This document shows, one piece after another, positions 50,101 to 61,377 of a stretch of DNA of 64,000 nt. Origin of the DNA: Haliotis rubra. Taxonomy: Eukaryota. The notes under the pieces are model-generated. The model made no database searches. It saw only the letters and a list, made by a program, of their open reading frames with translations, and was not told the origin of the DNA. Every line of letters begins with the position of its first letter. Position 1 is the stretch's first letter. A program made the translations under genes and the position numbers. Where the stretch lies: NCBI RefSeq assembly GCF_003918875.1, contig NW_025766976.1, positions 992,001 to 1,056,000 of the forward strand, given 5' to 3'.

Positions 50101-53100
50101 GAAACATACATAAATAGTGTTGGCATATTGGAATATTCTCGAGCAGGCTACCAGCGACCACTCCGTTTTAGGAGCCGCCATTAGGTATACAGAGTTGCGT
50201 CCCTTTAGCATGACAGGAACCTACGATCGTTGGTGTCATTCATGGATATTTTTTATTTATCTAGGCATGACAGCATCACTCCCGTGGTTGTTCGTTTCAC
50301 CAAAGTACTAATCTTCTGAGACGAGCATCCTTCTGAGGCGAGCATCACTCACTCACTCATTCACTCCTTGAGTTTTTAATGACTCACCTGTCTCAAGGCC
50401 GCAGTTGAATCCTTCTCTGGGAGGGGACAGAGTACCACACCCTGTACACACGGAGCTCCCAGCTGTACACGTTCCTCCATTACAGCTCATTCCGTATCGA
50501 CGGCAGTCAAAGTCGGCATGGACTGATTGTAAACAGACAAGCAGAACAACTCACGACTCTAGTCAAAACACTTTGTTCAATAGTATAAAATACAAATGTT
50601 ATGTTTTCATGTAAGACAACTGTTGACATTACAGTGCCAGGAAAACAGTAGAATTATAGGCGAGATTACCCAATTACATTTATAGAGTTTCAGTACAGCT
50701 ATATATATTTTTACTCTGGCAATTTGATTTTTACAATTTATCTGATAAAATATAACCTATGTATCTAAAAGGAAATTACGAATAGATAGACTGGGCACAT
50801 ATTCGCATACCCAGAATCATTTAACTCACTTCTATCATACAATAGCCTGAACCTACTTTCATACTCGACTCCATCAGTGTTTTCTCCAACATAGCATGGA
50901 ACTTCTCTCGGTCGTGAGAGTAATTTACTTTTACAGCTATTTTAGTGGCATGTTATTCGAATCTGTCTCAAAGAATGGCCAAAAGTAGTTACGGTAATAA
51001 TAAGGATGTACGATATATATTGGGTAATCTAGTATAGACTGTAGCGTCAATCCTGAATTAAAACAGTATTTAAGAAGGCAAGACGGAGATGTTTGCCTTA
51101 AGATACTGTCCTATTACGCCACAAACCGTAACCAGAAGTTGGGTTAAAAAACATATCCGTGGATCAACCCCAGGAAGGTATATGGACATGCTAACTCACG
51201 TAACTAAATAATTGGCCAATTTTATAGCGTTGAACTCCACGCTGTAGGGACATGCTCTAAGCGCATATAACATAATGGACATTATTACCCCGGATAACCC
51301 AGTATGTACAAAATATATATGAATAAATTAATGCTAAATACTAGAACTGTTGTCCATAACAAACTTACTGAATAATATCTGTCTAAGTATTTCGGTGTGT
51401 GTGTACAAGAGTAGCTTTTATCCAAAGGGTTATCCGAGTGTATATCTCAAACACTTTGGACATGGATCATTCAAATTTGCAGCACCAAGCCTGTGGAACA
51501 GTCTCCTTCTCCCATAAAGCATCTTTAGGAGAATTCAAGTCAGGACTCAAAACCTACCTCTTCAAACAATTCTACAACCTATAACTGCCAAATATTCTGA
51601 TGGTCGCTTTTGACGAACTGTCATATTTTCCTCATGAACTCTGGTGACTCTTTCTATATGTAGCGCTCTGAGCATGCTCTGGACTATGGCGCACAAGAAA
51701 AATATTTTTATTATTGAGTCTCAAGCAACATGGAGAGAAGACCAACATCGACGACCAATGGAACTCGTCAATAACTGACAAGTTACAAGTAAGTAAGTGA
51801 GTGAGTTTAGTTTTACGCCACTTTCAGAAATAGTCCAGCAATATCACGGCGGGGGAAACAAGAAAGAAATGGGCTTCAAACACTGTACCCATGTGGGGAA
51901 TCGAACCCGGCGTGACGAGCGCTAGGCTACCTAACCGCCCCTTTCCTCTGTGCTTCATCACTTCCTGTTCATCAGCATGTTCATAATAACAATAAGAATA
52001 ACGTTGCAATTGTTTGTGTGCACACATACTAATACTACCACACACCATTACTGCAGTATTACAGAAAAGGACATTAGGGATAATGTGATGTACATTTAAT
52101 GACAATAAAGAGTTTACGTGGATATAGTAGCGAATACCGTCCTTGTGATGGTTCCAGAATATATACAGGTCCATGTCATAAATTATATGCAATAAGTTAA
52201 GTTGTTAAGTGTGTTGAAACCCCATGTTAAGATGAGGTACACAAACTTCAATCGGATGTGTCTCCAAGACACTAGAAAATATATTACGAAATTAATATAA
52301 GCAAATCTCGAATCATTTGGCAGGTCTAGACTGCCTGGGCTTCAGCTGGGTTTTATTTCTGATTTGTGTGTTTTTTCAAGTGTGCGTGCATGCGTGCATG
52401 CGTGCGTGCGTGCGTGCGTGCGTGCGTGTGTATAATAGCAAAATAATACTTTATTTCCTGGACCAAATGTTCGTATAAGTATATATATATAAACTGTTTG
52501 GCACTGTTTGAGTTTCTTGGACTTCATTTCTGCCCCTCAACGAAGCACACGTGACACAACTGGTCTCGCCTTAGGCAAGTGAGTCTGTTCATGAATTGTC
52601 TCTGTTCATCCAGCAGTGAATGGGTACCTGGTTGGATATGTCATATGACTGTTAACCTTCTAGCGCTTCACAGGCAGCTTGGATTATCCGGAGTAATAAT
52701 GCATTAGCTCTTTGAAGTGCGTGGAAAACAGGCGCTTTATAAATAGCCAATGCATTATCATCATTATCATATGATCGACTAGACAGAATCCCACATGATA
52801 TGGCCGTTGCACATCTGCATGCCAGACGGATGTTTTGATCTAAACAAACTAATAATTGATAACGAGACATCTATTTTCCACGACTTCCTAAGTAGACCCG
52901 GGTTTGAGTCTCCACTTGGGTACAATGTGTGAAACCTATGTAAAGGCACTTATGACGATAATTATTCTATCAATTTTATCAATGTTTTACCTACATTAAC
53001 CACTTTATCATAGGTTATCAAATCCACACATATTACAGTATTTATAACACGGGCTGGTACCTCCGCAAGCAAATCCATTGTAAAATACCTTGTACGTGAT

Positions 53101-53914
53101 TAACAATGGGACCTGCATAATATATGTTTGTGCGAGTTCATTTGAACCCGTGTTCTGTATGTCTGTCCGTTAACCTACATATTTAAATACTTAAATATTT
53201 AAAACAAAATAATAATAATTTCTTTATTTTTCATGCATTTATACACAGTTGCACATGTATACAATTGTCTATACAAACAAAAGGTGACAAGATGGCCAGA
53301 ATTTAGTATATCGGTTTAAGATGTACGTTTCTGCTGTGTATGTCGTAAAGTAATAAAAGGCTTGTGAGTTCCTCTTAAATCATGTCAAAATTTACTGCTT
53401 TTATATTTGATTTATTTTTGAAAATAAATTGTTTGCATACAATTATTAAAAGATTTATTGGTCCAAAATTGTGTAGCAGAGAGCCAAGAAGTATATGTTT
53501 CTTATTAAGGTTAATGAATAAACCGGCTTTCTGGTTGACCCAGACGCAACTCACATTTATAAAATGATAGTAATTCAAAAGGAATTTGTTTTTCCTCTCT
53601 TTTGTCAACGTATTGATGGGTTGGGTTATCACCATAGGCAACATGAAACTGATTTCAGTTTAGATCAGCTATTTAACAACAGTCACTCGCAGTCAGAATC
53701 ACAGCACTATTAAACACCCAGCTCAGACCCCATTGCGTGCATAGCTATATGGCTGTCGTGTTAACCCATAAAGATACAACAGAGGTTGAGAAAAACAGAT
53801 ACAGAGCAGGACACACACAGATGGGAGTGGGCAGGAAGATGTACGTCACATACCTTTACATATTAATATGGCGGCTACCCACAACATCTGCCCCATACTA
53901 CACGTGACTAACAT
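37977..53914 (-). CDS. Gene B: EGF-EGF-ZP transmembrane protein, paralog of gene A, 10 coding exons, about 466 aa (frame problem at the exon 6/7 junction)
   Basis: Exons 53914-53854, 50522-50388, 47056-46925, 46003-45786, 43952-43807, 43088-42944, 40591-40504, 40296-40125, 39106-39004, 38179-37977. Same intron positions as gene A. Total 1403 nt is not a multiple of 3 unless the G8 run at 42949-42956 is mis-sized or a GAG acceptor 2 nt downstream is used. Confidence 0.85.
38722..38885 (+). mobile_element. SINE family A with TSD, gene B intron 9
   Basis: tcatgcactggg on both sides. Confidence 0.9.
39004..39106 (-). CDS. Gene B exon 9, last ZP Cys, furin site RRRR, EHP
   Basis: VPCPSSSRRRRSLDQDEAELTRVLTILDPQPNRS; tttcAG / GTAGGT; phase 0-1. 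Confidence 0.92.
39642..39935 (+). mobile_element. tRNA-headed CORE-like SINE with (TTA)n tail, nested in a minus-strand family A SINE (39586-40050)
   Basis: A/B boxes, core ctgtgttgtgtacctgggcaag...ccacccagctg; TSD tatcacagtg / tatcacggcg. Related degenerate pieces at 24080-24340 and 52520-52770. Confidence 0.75.
40125..40296 (-). CDS. Gene B exon 8, ZP-C core
   Basis: GCLDTTVLSVLEDVPGPPDPAVKSTITFRLRTFKFVSSDSIALRFIVKVCIVDDDCES; gaAG / GTGAGT; phase 2-0. Confidence 0.92.
40504..40591 (-). CDS. Gene B exon 7, ZP-C
   Basis: FAALRLETAVVTNGPPDTATDAVTLVTG; tcAG / GTAAGA; aligns to gene A exon 7. Confidence 0.85.
40817..40866 (-). mobile_element. 50-bp 5'-truncated retroposon tail with 14-bp TSD
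   Basis: atatgtcggaagag at 40803-40816 and 40867-40880; insert ggctgaaatattgccgatgtgac also seen near 31098. Confidence 0.8.
41144..41606. mobile_element. hAT-type MITE
   Basis: TAGGGCTG...CAACCCTA termini, tattgcgatacgtattg subterminal IR, 8-bp TSD gaaattat / caaattat. Confidence 0.75.
42944..43088 (-). CDS. Gene B exon 6, IHP / ZP-C start
   Basis: FVLKRQVVSSTFNPVTMVITTVDGTVLVDTPVSVGMVLVFTFSVPP; ccAG / GTAAAT; 145 nt versus 143 nt in gene A. Confidence 0.85.
43807..43952 (-). CDS. Gene B exon 5, ZP-N end and linker
   Basis: NSTTVVRQVTIQFRDTYITGLDLQVTLTNTLNLSGVDVAATSFSVAAD; tttAG / GTATGT; phase 0-2. Confidence 0.9.
44126..44997. mobile_element. Composite element: 176-bp palindrome plus 12-bp IR-bounded body (Crypton-like, inferred)
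   Basis: Palindrome 44126-44301 centred on ggacgcttgcgtcc; ttctaagatgcc (44302-44313) inverted at 44986-44997. Confidence 0.55.
45339..45455. mobile_element. Palindromic Harbinger-like MITE
   Basis: Reverse-orientation copy of 28176-28292; TSD CAG/CAG. Confidence 0.72.
45786..46003 (-). CDS. Gene B exon 4, ZP-N first part
   Basis: YDAESTATKMIININPSSNFLGLIYVSGYRNIPDCLL...GDVCGDASK; ctAG / GTGAGG; aligns to gene A exon 4. Confidence 0.9.
46925..47056 (-). CDS. Gene B exon 3, EGF-like domain 2
   Basis: DHVNSAACNRTKCENGGTCYTGADNSTSCYCPEDYYGLTCSYRR; gtAG / GTAAGA; 132 nt phase 1-1. Confidence 0.93.
49610..50002. repeat. CT-rich low-complexity tract containing a 147-N run
   Basis: Polypyrimidine sequence on both sides of the Ns at 49639-49785. 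Confidence 0.85.
50388..50522 (-). CDS. Gene B exon 2, EGF-like domain 1
   Basis: VHADFDCRRYGMSCNGGTCTAGSSVCTGCGTLSPPREGFNCGLET; tcAG / GTGAGT; 135 nt phase 1-1. Confidence 0.92.
51430..51716 (+). mobile_element. L2-clade LINE 3' end
   Basis: AAPSLWNSL...FKSGLKTYLF C-terminal motif, agcgctctgag...ggcgc stem-loop, ttatt tail. Confidence 0.75.
53220..53560 (-). mobile_element. Tx1/L1-clade LINE 3' remnant
   Basis: LNKKHILLG...NLLIIVCKQFIF resembles the C-terminus of the 10075-11695 element (FLLG...NHLFIITKRYI); ends KFW...; A-rich tail. Confidence 0.6.
53854..53914 (-). CDS. Gene B exon 1, signal peptide MLVTCSMGQMLWVAAILICK
   Basis: ATG at 53914, hydrophobic core, phase-1 donor GTATGT as in gene A; joins to VHA-DFDCRR. 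Upstream acceptor ttatacAG at 53929-53928. Confidence 0.72.
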
Positions 53915-55793
53915 TCTTCCGTCAAAGCTGTATAAATCCTTTGTAGGCCCTCCGCTTCATCCTCATCTCTTGGGTATCTCTCTGAATGATCCTGGCCCCT
54001 TATCCAACACTTGTACGTAAAGAATGTGACTACACAAATACTGTTCCCGTGTAAAGATGCTATCTGAGTTATCCCACGGATAACGTACGAAATCTGTTAA
54101 AACCTTGAATTTTGATGGCAACTGTTGGCACCGGTCATCCGTAACGGTAAACTCACTACGATAGAAAAGCTTCAGTCTCTTCGCTGTCTCAGGTAACCTG
54201 TGAATTCGCTGTAGGTCATCCATAGAAGCTTATGATTTTAAGCCCCCTGTCGTGCGAGGGGCTAGCATAGATAATTCCTTTGTACATACAAATGCACGCA
54301 ACTGTATCGAATTGATATAAACCAACAGCGAAGCAAATAATTGAAATATATAATATACATGTATATTTTTCAAGTGTATAGATATATTTGATTGGGTGAC
54401 GCATCTGTGGTCGTATGAGATTCGTGTGTGGGGCGAGCCATTATTGATGAAGACACGCTGAGACAGAAGAGACTATACACGTTCTATTCAATGTTATTTT
54501 CTTCTCTGGTGAAAACGTTGGCGTAGACGCATGGTGAAACAGGGCCAATGACGACATCCTCCGCAGCTTGAAGCGTGATTAACCAGCTTTACTACACGAT
54601 TTAGTCAACCGTGATAGAAATATTCTATACCCGAATGTAAGCTGACATTACATCGTCACCAATGGCTGTACAGGTGGTGTAGTTATTATAAACCCAGGAA
54701 AAACGAAATTCGTTCAAAACACAATAGAGATAGAAGCCTGTTGTGATAAGACGACGGTGTGTGAACTGACGAAATGAAAAGTTCGGAATACAATGAACGG
54801 ATTGGGGACATCACGTATTGGCTTGAACATTTCTACCTGGGTCGAGGCTTCAGTTAGCAGCCGGGGGACATATTGTTGAAAGAAACTGTCATCAGTTATT
54901 GGGATGTTGGGAACGGGAGGGGGGAGGGAGAAGGGGGTTGACGTTGGCAGCAGCGACATCACCTGTGCCTGTATGGTGTATATAGAGCAACCTTGTGTCC
55001 TTTAGCTGTATCTAGCCGCTGGCTGTAGGTGCGAATCCAAGGTCCCTACTGATTCAAATATTAAAGTTTTTTTGTCAGTATTTTACCTGCACTAACGTAC
55101 CCGCGGTGTGTCTGTCCGGAGAGTGGAAGAGCTGTAGTTCGATCTGCGGCTGCGTCCCACAAGAGGTGGAACTTGTTGTTTCAGTGCCTGGCGCTCCACA
55201 CTAAGGGCATAATACAACGGATGGTTCTCTCTGAGTCAGTAAACTGTATCTGAGGGGGATATCTATGTTGCGCTGCAGTGCATCTCAGTTTTCCAGTACG
55301 TTAGCCTGAGTTTATACAAGCACACACACACACGTACACATACACGTCTCTTATAAAAGGGAATATATTAGAACGCGACTTATGGCACCATTTCACCTCA
55401 ACACGTGTCTTACCTGTGCTCCATCCACATAAACCGCGTTAGAATTGAAGATCCAGGTTAGAATTGGTCTTCAGCAGCCAATGCTTGTAGTAAGAGGCGA
55501 CTAATGGGTTCGGGTGGTCTGGCTCGCCCACTTGGTTGGCACTTGTCATCGGTTCCCAATTGTGCAGATCGATGCTCATGCTATTGATCACTGGATTGTC
55601 TGGTCCAGACTCGATTATTTATAGACCGCTGCCATATAGCTGGAATATTGCTGAGAGCGGCGTTAACCAACCAACCAACAAATCCATCCTCATGACACGG
55701 TCTGTGCCTCAGCTTGTGACACACTGGCATAACATGATAAAACAAGTGTTCAGGACCACGATAAACATCTTATCTATCAACATCTCCAGCAAC

Positions 55794-55990
55794 GACCCGT
55801 GAAGGTCCAGGTTAGAATATTGATCTTCAGAAACCCATGCGTGTCGTAAGAGGCGACTAACGGGATCGGGTGGTCAGGCTCGCTGATTTGGTTGACACAT
55901 GTCATCGGTTCCCAATTGCGTAGATCGATGATCGTGATGCTGATCACTGGGTTGTCTTGTCGATACTCAATTATTCACTCACTCACTCAC
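55794..55990 (+). mobile_element. SINE-like family B copy with intact 5' pseudoknot region
   Basis: acccgtgaaggtccaggttagaatattgatcttcagaaacccatgcgtgtcgtaagaggcgactaacggg. Confidence 0.85.
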
Positions 55991-56371
55991 TCAGAAGCGA
56001 CACACCACTGGTTTTAAATGACTCTAGTAACATATCCCCACCCCCACCACCCCTACTCCAATCCATTTGCATTAATGTTGTATTTTGTGTTGTTTAACGC
56101 CTCACTCATTAGTATTCAAATGACAAATCGGATGGAGATATCGGGTTTGGTCCATACAACGCAGTGGTTGATACTGCAGGAAGCACCCTACACTCACGCG
56201 ATGCATGACACCACATGTTGAATTTAGAATTTAATATGTTTTCCTGAGGACCTGAATGACGAAATAGGCCCCAGACTGCCTGAAAAGGACACATGAAAGG
56301 CCTAACGCGGCATAATGAGAAGTTTTAACTTGGAAAGTCTTCCAACGTATCATTCAGACCTCTGGATATAA

Positions 56372-56373
<2 letters not shown>

Positions 56374-56443
<70 letters not shown>

Positions 56444-56511
56444 CCCAATGTATATATATCTACATGTACTCTTTATCCCTCCCCTCTCTCTCTATCTCTC
56501 TCCACACTCCA

Positions 56512-56543
<32 letters not shown>
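56374..56543. repeat. (CT)n / (CA)n microsatellites
   Basis: Seen directly. Other microsatellites at 20106-20162, 31332-31405, 31653-31718, 52381-52430, 59903-59942. Confidence 0.95.
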
Positions 56544-56546
<3 letters not shown>

Positions 56547-58020
56547 TGAAATAGATGAGGTGGTTTTACTGACCTCTCTATTTCCATTCTGTCTGGTGAA
56601 TCAGTGGTAGGGTACTTGCTGTTTGACAAATATCGAACGACATCAAACCATCAGTTTGGCCGAAGCGTAAGTTACACCTTGACTCAATGCCCTAGTTTTG
56701 ATTTTGTCAGTCCCAGAAGAAGTGCTAACGGGTCAAACAGTCAAACCAGCAAGGAGGGGAACACAATTGATGACCACAGGATACCTACCTCGGCTGAATG
56801 GCATCCCCAAATTTCACAAGCTCACGAATGTTTATGTCACGTACGCTTGAAAATAATTTTTGAGATTCCTTTCATAAATTATTTATATTACAAACATTAA
56901 TACCTTTACCTTTGTGTTTATGTCATAGGCAAAGAAATTAACAGAATAAAAATAGTGAATGTGGCGATGTTTTTAAGAACACACATACGAGGCAGTGTTA
57001 TGTGACGAATGAAATCATTGATGAACGCTGGTCTATGAAAGGCCAAATCAAACAGGTATGGTCTGTCAACAATAATAAACCGACCAGGCTTACCCACCCG
57101 AATTCTCAGTGTTAAAATGTTTCTCATGTGTAACATTCTTTTGAAGATTAGACTGAAGGTGTATAATGGATGAGTTTCCAAATAGACAGGATGCATTCCC
57201 GACAGTATTTATTTCTAATGGAGTTCATGTACGTTATGACTTTCTCCAATACGCACTATTGAAGACACACAGCATGCGCCTAACCCATTTTGAAAAACAC
57301 CTTTTGTGAACTTTTGTGAACGAGTTACGGAATGTTTTTGATTCAGTAAACGTGGTGCGGGACATAAAAACTGAATTAGTACATTTTTCTTAAAAACGTC
57401 ATTTTGAGTATGTTAGGTGATACAAAGTGTGACAGCGCGGGGGTTCTCTGAAATTCACAACGCCACAAAGGAACAACACCAATCATGCAGTATTAAACTT
57501 ACCGTTGACAGCAGAGTCATAACCTAGAAAGATTCCGCTTGATTTGAGACTAGACAACTGGGTTAATATCAGAAGGAAAGGTTAATAGTTGTATCGTGTC
57601 TGACGTAAATCGCAAATAAATATCTCACCTTCGTGTACTAAATGTGTGAAACCTCACGTGTTAATACGCACGTCACAACAATAGTATACTTAACTTAAAA
57701 TCGTCTACTTTTCCATGCAAGAACAGTGGGCATTCTGTCATGTTAAACTGTTCGTGATTTATAAACACGATGTTATATTCATAAATATAAAAAAGAAATA
57801 TTATATATTCAGCCATGTTTGTGCACGCATATATTTGTGTTTGTTTGAGTGAGTGAGTCAGTGAGTTTAGTTTGACGCCGCACTCAGCAATATTCCAGCT
57901 ATATGGCGGGGGTCTGTAAATAATCCAGTCTGAACCAAACAATCCAGTGATCAGCAGCATGAGCATCGATCTGCGCAATTGGGATACATTGACATGTCCA
58001 CGTCAGCAAGCCTGACCGAT

Positions 58021-58402
58021 GTGAGGTGAGGTGAGGTGAGGTGAGGTGAGGTGAGGTGAAATTGGGTTAACGTCGTGCTTGAGAATATTTCGCTCATATG
58101 ACGACGTGCATGCGTGTGTATGTATATGTGCGGCTGCTTGTACTAGCCCAGACTGAAGCTGGTTTTTTATAGTGCTAGCCCACTGAGATACCATGCCGCA
58201 GTTAAGCATGAATACCCTACTCAGACACATTATACTGGCTCCGAGCCGACCAGTCCTTGTTGTACCCATTAATGCCGAGCGCCAGGCAGGGACCAACAAG
58301 TACCCTATTTTAACGTCTTTTGGTATGACGCGGTCGGGGATCGAACCCACGACCTTCCGCTCTCCGGGCGGACGCTCTAACCACTACACCACGGAGGCGG
58401 TC
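58021..58402 (-). mobile_element. SINE family C (Meta/MESC-like), inserted in a family B copy
   Basis: Highly similar to 30288-30637; TSD ctgaccgat 58012-58020 / 58403-58411; a degenerate + copy lies at about 55110-55400. Confidence 0.85.
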
Positions 58403-60151
58403 CTGACCGATTTGTAACGTCGAAGGCAGTAATGGTTACGTTATATGACGGTGGTCTGAAATTGTCGAGTCGGAACCTGACAATCCAGTGATATCATCAG
58501 CATCTATTCGATGTGCTGAGGGCCTAAGTTGGCGAACGTGACCCGGCTATTCCGTTAGTTTCCAGGATTTTGTTTATGATGCAATTTCTTACCAATCGTC
58601 ACCAACCCATGCTTGTCGTTAGATGCGACTAGCGAGATCAGATAGTCAGGCTCCCAGACTTGGTTGTCACATGCCATCGTATCCCAATGACGTAGATCGA
58701 TGCTCATGCTGTTGATCACTCAAAATCATCTTATAACTGAAGTAGTCTGAAAAAAGTTCAGAGGTATTTTTACTCAAATTGTACGATAGATTTATGAAAA
58801 TTGTTCAATGATTTCAGATAGATACGACATTCTATCTATGATGATAAATACCTAGATCTATTAAACACCTGTACACACTATTAACAGTTAAAGTAAAAGA
58901 AAAAGCATCAGGTGATTTATGATCTAACATGAAATACGATGGTACACATATGCAATATTCACAGTTTGGTTCCAATAACATAGCCATGTTGTAACTTCAT
59001 CTCCATCATCAGTTGTACGACAAATAGTACATGTGCGGATATTACATCATATAGTCAAATATTCATCGTCAATTCCAGAGAATAACCGGTCTCGATTTTC
59101 CGCCAAGACAGATTCCATTGGACGAAAATGGCAAGGTTTTCCTCAATATAGCGACACCAAACTATACTGAGATCATCGTTTCGGGAAACGTATTTGTGTG
59201 TCTTTAATCAGAACTGGTATACTTGTAACGGCAATGGTTTTCCTGAATACCCAGGGGCATATGCGTAAAAAGAAAATGTAAAACACATCCCGCAAAAAAA
59301 CAACAACAAACAAAACAAACGGAAAAAAAACCCACACCTTTTTATACTGTCCTCAACAGGGACATTGTTATTATTTCGGATGTTCTTTGATACTTTCGTC
59401 TACAATAGTGATTCAATCTCCAAGAAATAGAATGTGTCACAAGCAGATTTGCAGTCACAATTTAGAACTTGGGGATATCTGTCGCCTGGCACACCTATCA
59501 TCTATCTCCTTTTACATCCATTAAACCGAAATATACTATTCTCATCAACATTAAAACCATAAAGCCACCACCTCAAGGATGTTTTCTAGCCATTTCTTTT
59601 ATGAGCCCATATATGAAATCACTTGCAAGTGAAACAAGAATCTCATTAAACAGATCAGCTGCATCGACTTCAAAGATAACTTACAGATGTTCAAACCTCT
59701 TAAACCTTTCGAGTCAACTGTTATCGGGATAAGGGCTGTGGTGCATGTCCGCGTGACATATTAAAGAAGTCTTTTATTTCGTTGTAAAACTTTCATTGTT
59801 CAACTTTTTCCTGATGTTTCAATGACGTACGCTATAATACAATGATGCCCGAAGGGTCCCTCTGAAGTGTCATGTTGATAATTTTCAAAACCATAAATTT
59901 ATGAGTGGGTGAGTGAGTGAGTGAGTGAGTGAGTGAGTGAGTAACAGTATTGCAGTTGTACATTCCATAATTCTGTGGAAGGAAAACCAAATTGACGCAT
60001 GACTCAGGTACTTACCACTTTGTTGAGAACCACGAGAACGGGTAGTTTGCTGACAAACCGAGCTTGATGACACATAATCGGATCCAACCGAGATCCAACC
60101 CGCTGTCAAAACTGTCTTGCGATTATTCTCTGCCCAACCAAACACAGCGCA

Positions 60152-60729
60152 TCAGTCGACAAGGCCAACCGTGTTCCCGGATGGGTCGAGAAATGATCGA
60201 AATTGTAATTAATAAAATATATATTATTCATAATAACCTCGCTTTTGAAATGTCTTGCTTGCATCCCAAGTACACTGTCGTCAGGCTCCCCATTGTTTAC
60301 GGCGCCCTTGGTTTGATACCTCCTGATCTCTTGATGCAGATCAGGAGAGTGCCCGGGTTCTCCACCGGGAGCACAGCCCTTCTGACACTCTAGGTAATGC
60401 AGAAGGCTGCAGTGCTGGGGAGCCTTCATATTCTCCGGAAAGTTCTTGGTGGGTTCGAATAGGCAGCGTTTCCTGGGATAAGTCCTATTCGCTGTCTGGG
60501 TTGCGTGAAGAGGGGGCAAGGGCCCTGAGCTGATGATGAGCCTTACCAGCCTGACTGTGCCAGGATCACCCGAACCCCCTCTGCTGCATTTTCATCTTGT
60601 AAAACATAACAATATTATAATAATATATATGATCAATTTCAGTTTAATAGTATTAGATTATATATTATTAATTAAAATATCGATCATTTCTCGGCACAGC
60701 CGGAGAACGCGGTTAGCCTTGTCGACTGA
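60152..60729. mobile_element. Inverted-repeat MITE (about 70-bp IRs) hosting a retroelement insert
   Basis: tcagtcgacaaggccaaccgtgtt...gagaaatgatcga inverted as tcgatcatttctc...aacgcggttagccttgtcgactga. Confidence 0.7.
60232..60625 (+). mobile_element. R4/Dong-like non-LTR retrotransposon 3' fragment (restriction-like endonuclease C-terminus, 3' UTR, TAA-rich tail)
   Basis: LAFEM...VVRLPIVYGALGLIP...*VMQKAAVLGSLHILRKVL matches the RLE-clade C-terminal pattern PIVxGALG...QKAxLLGxxxILR; internal TAG at 60391. Confidence 0.75.
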
Positions 60730-61131
60730 GGAGCCTATATTATATATTTCCCCACCAAACGGACAAAATATTGACAAGAAATGTACGATGGATCCGGCAG
60801 AGAATAACAAACAATAAAGATGCTTTCTTCCTCAGTTTCTCGTCAAATTTGTTATTTCATTAATTGTTTATCTCAACATTAACCTTTGGTCATTGTTTAT
60901 GGTTTCATATTGATATCAACTGGAGTTCAAATGTCGACGCCTTTGGGTAGTTCTACTCGTGTGTCTGTCACAACTGCCTCCAGGGATGTTTTAATGTCCA
61001 TTTAGGATTCCCAGGTAATCCTTTATGACGTATGAGGCTTGGAAGGTCGCTGTGAGTGAAACCTGATTGAATGTAATGCTGATCTTAATTCATTCTAAGT
61101 CTAATTCTTTTATAAGTTAAAGATTCTTATC

Positions 61132-61377
61132 TGTGAGTGAGTGAGTTTAGTATTACGCCACACTCAGCAATATTCCAGCTATATGGCGGCGGTCTGTACA
61201 TAATCGATTCTAGACCAGACATTCCAGTGATCAACAGCGTGAGCATCGATCTACGCAAATGGGAACCGATGACATGTGTCAACCAAGTCAGTGAGCCTGA
61301 CCACCTGATCCCGTTAGTCGCCTCCTAAGACAAGCATGGATTACTGAAGATCAATTCTAACCCGGAGCTTCACGGGT
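61132..61377 (-). mobile_element. SINE-like family B, full length
   Basis: Consensus from the acccgtgaag 5' end to the (actc)n tail. Confidence 0.9.

Noticed and set aside
19997-53914. Calling the genes VERL or vitelline-envelope ZP proteins, or giving them a gene symbol
   Set aside because: No VERL-type tandem ZP-N repeats; two N-terminal EGF domains fit the EGF-ZP family; orthology needs a phylogeny
53963-54962. Minus-strand ORFs upstream of gene B exon 1
   Set aside because: No recognisable motifs and no phase-compatible link to the gene
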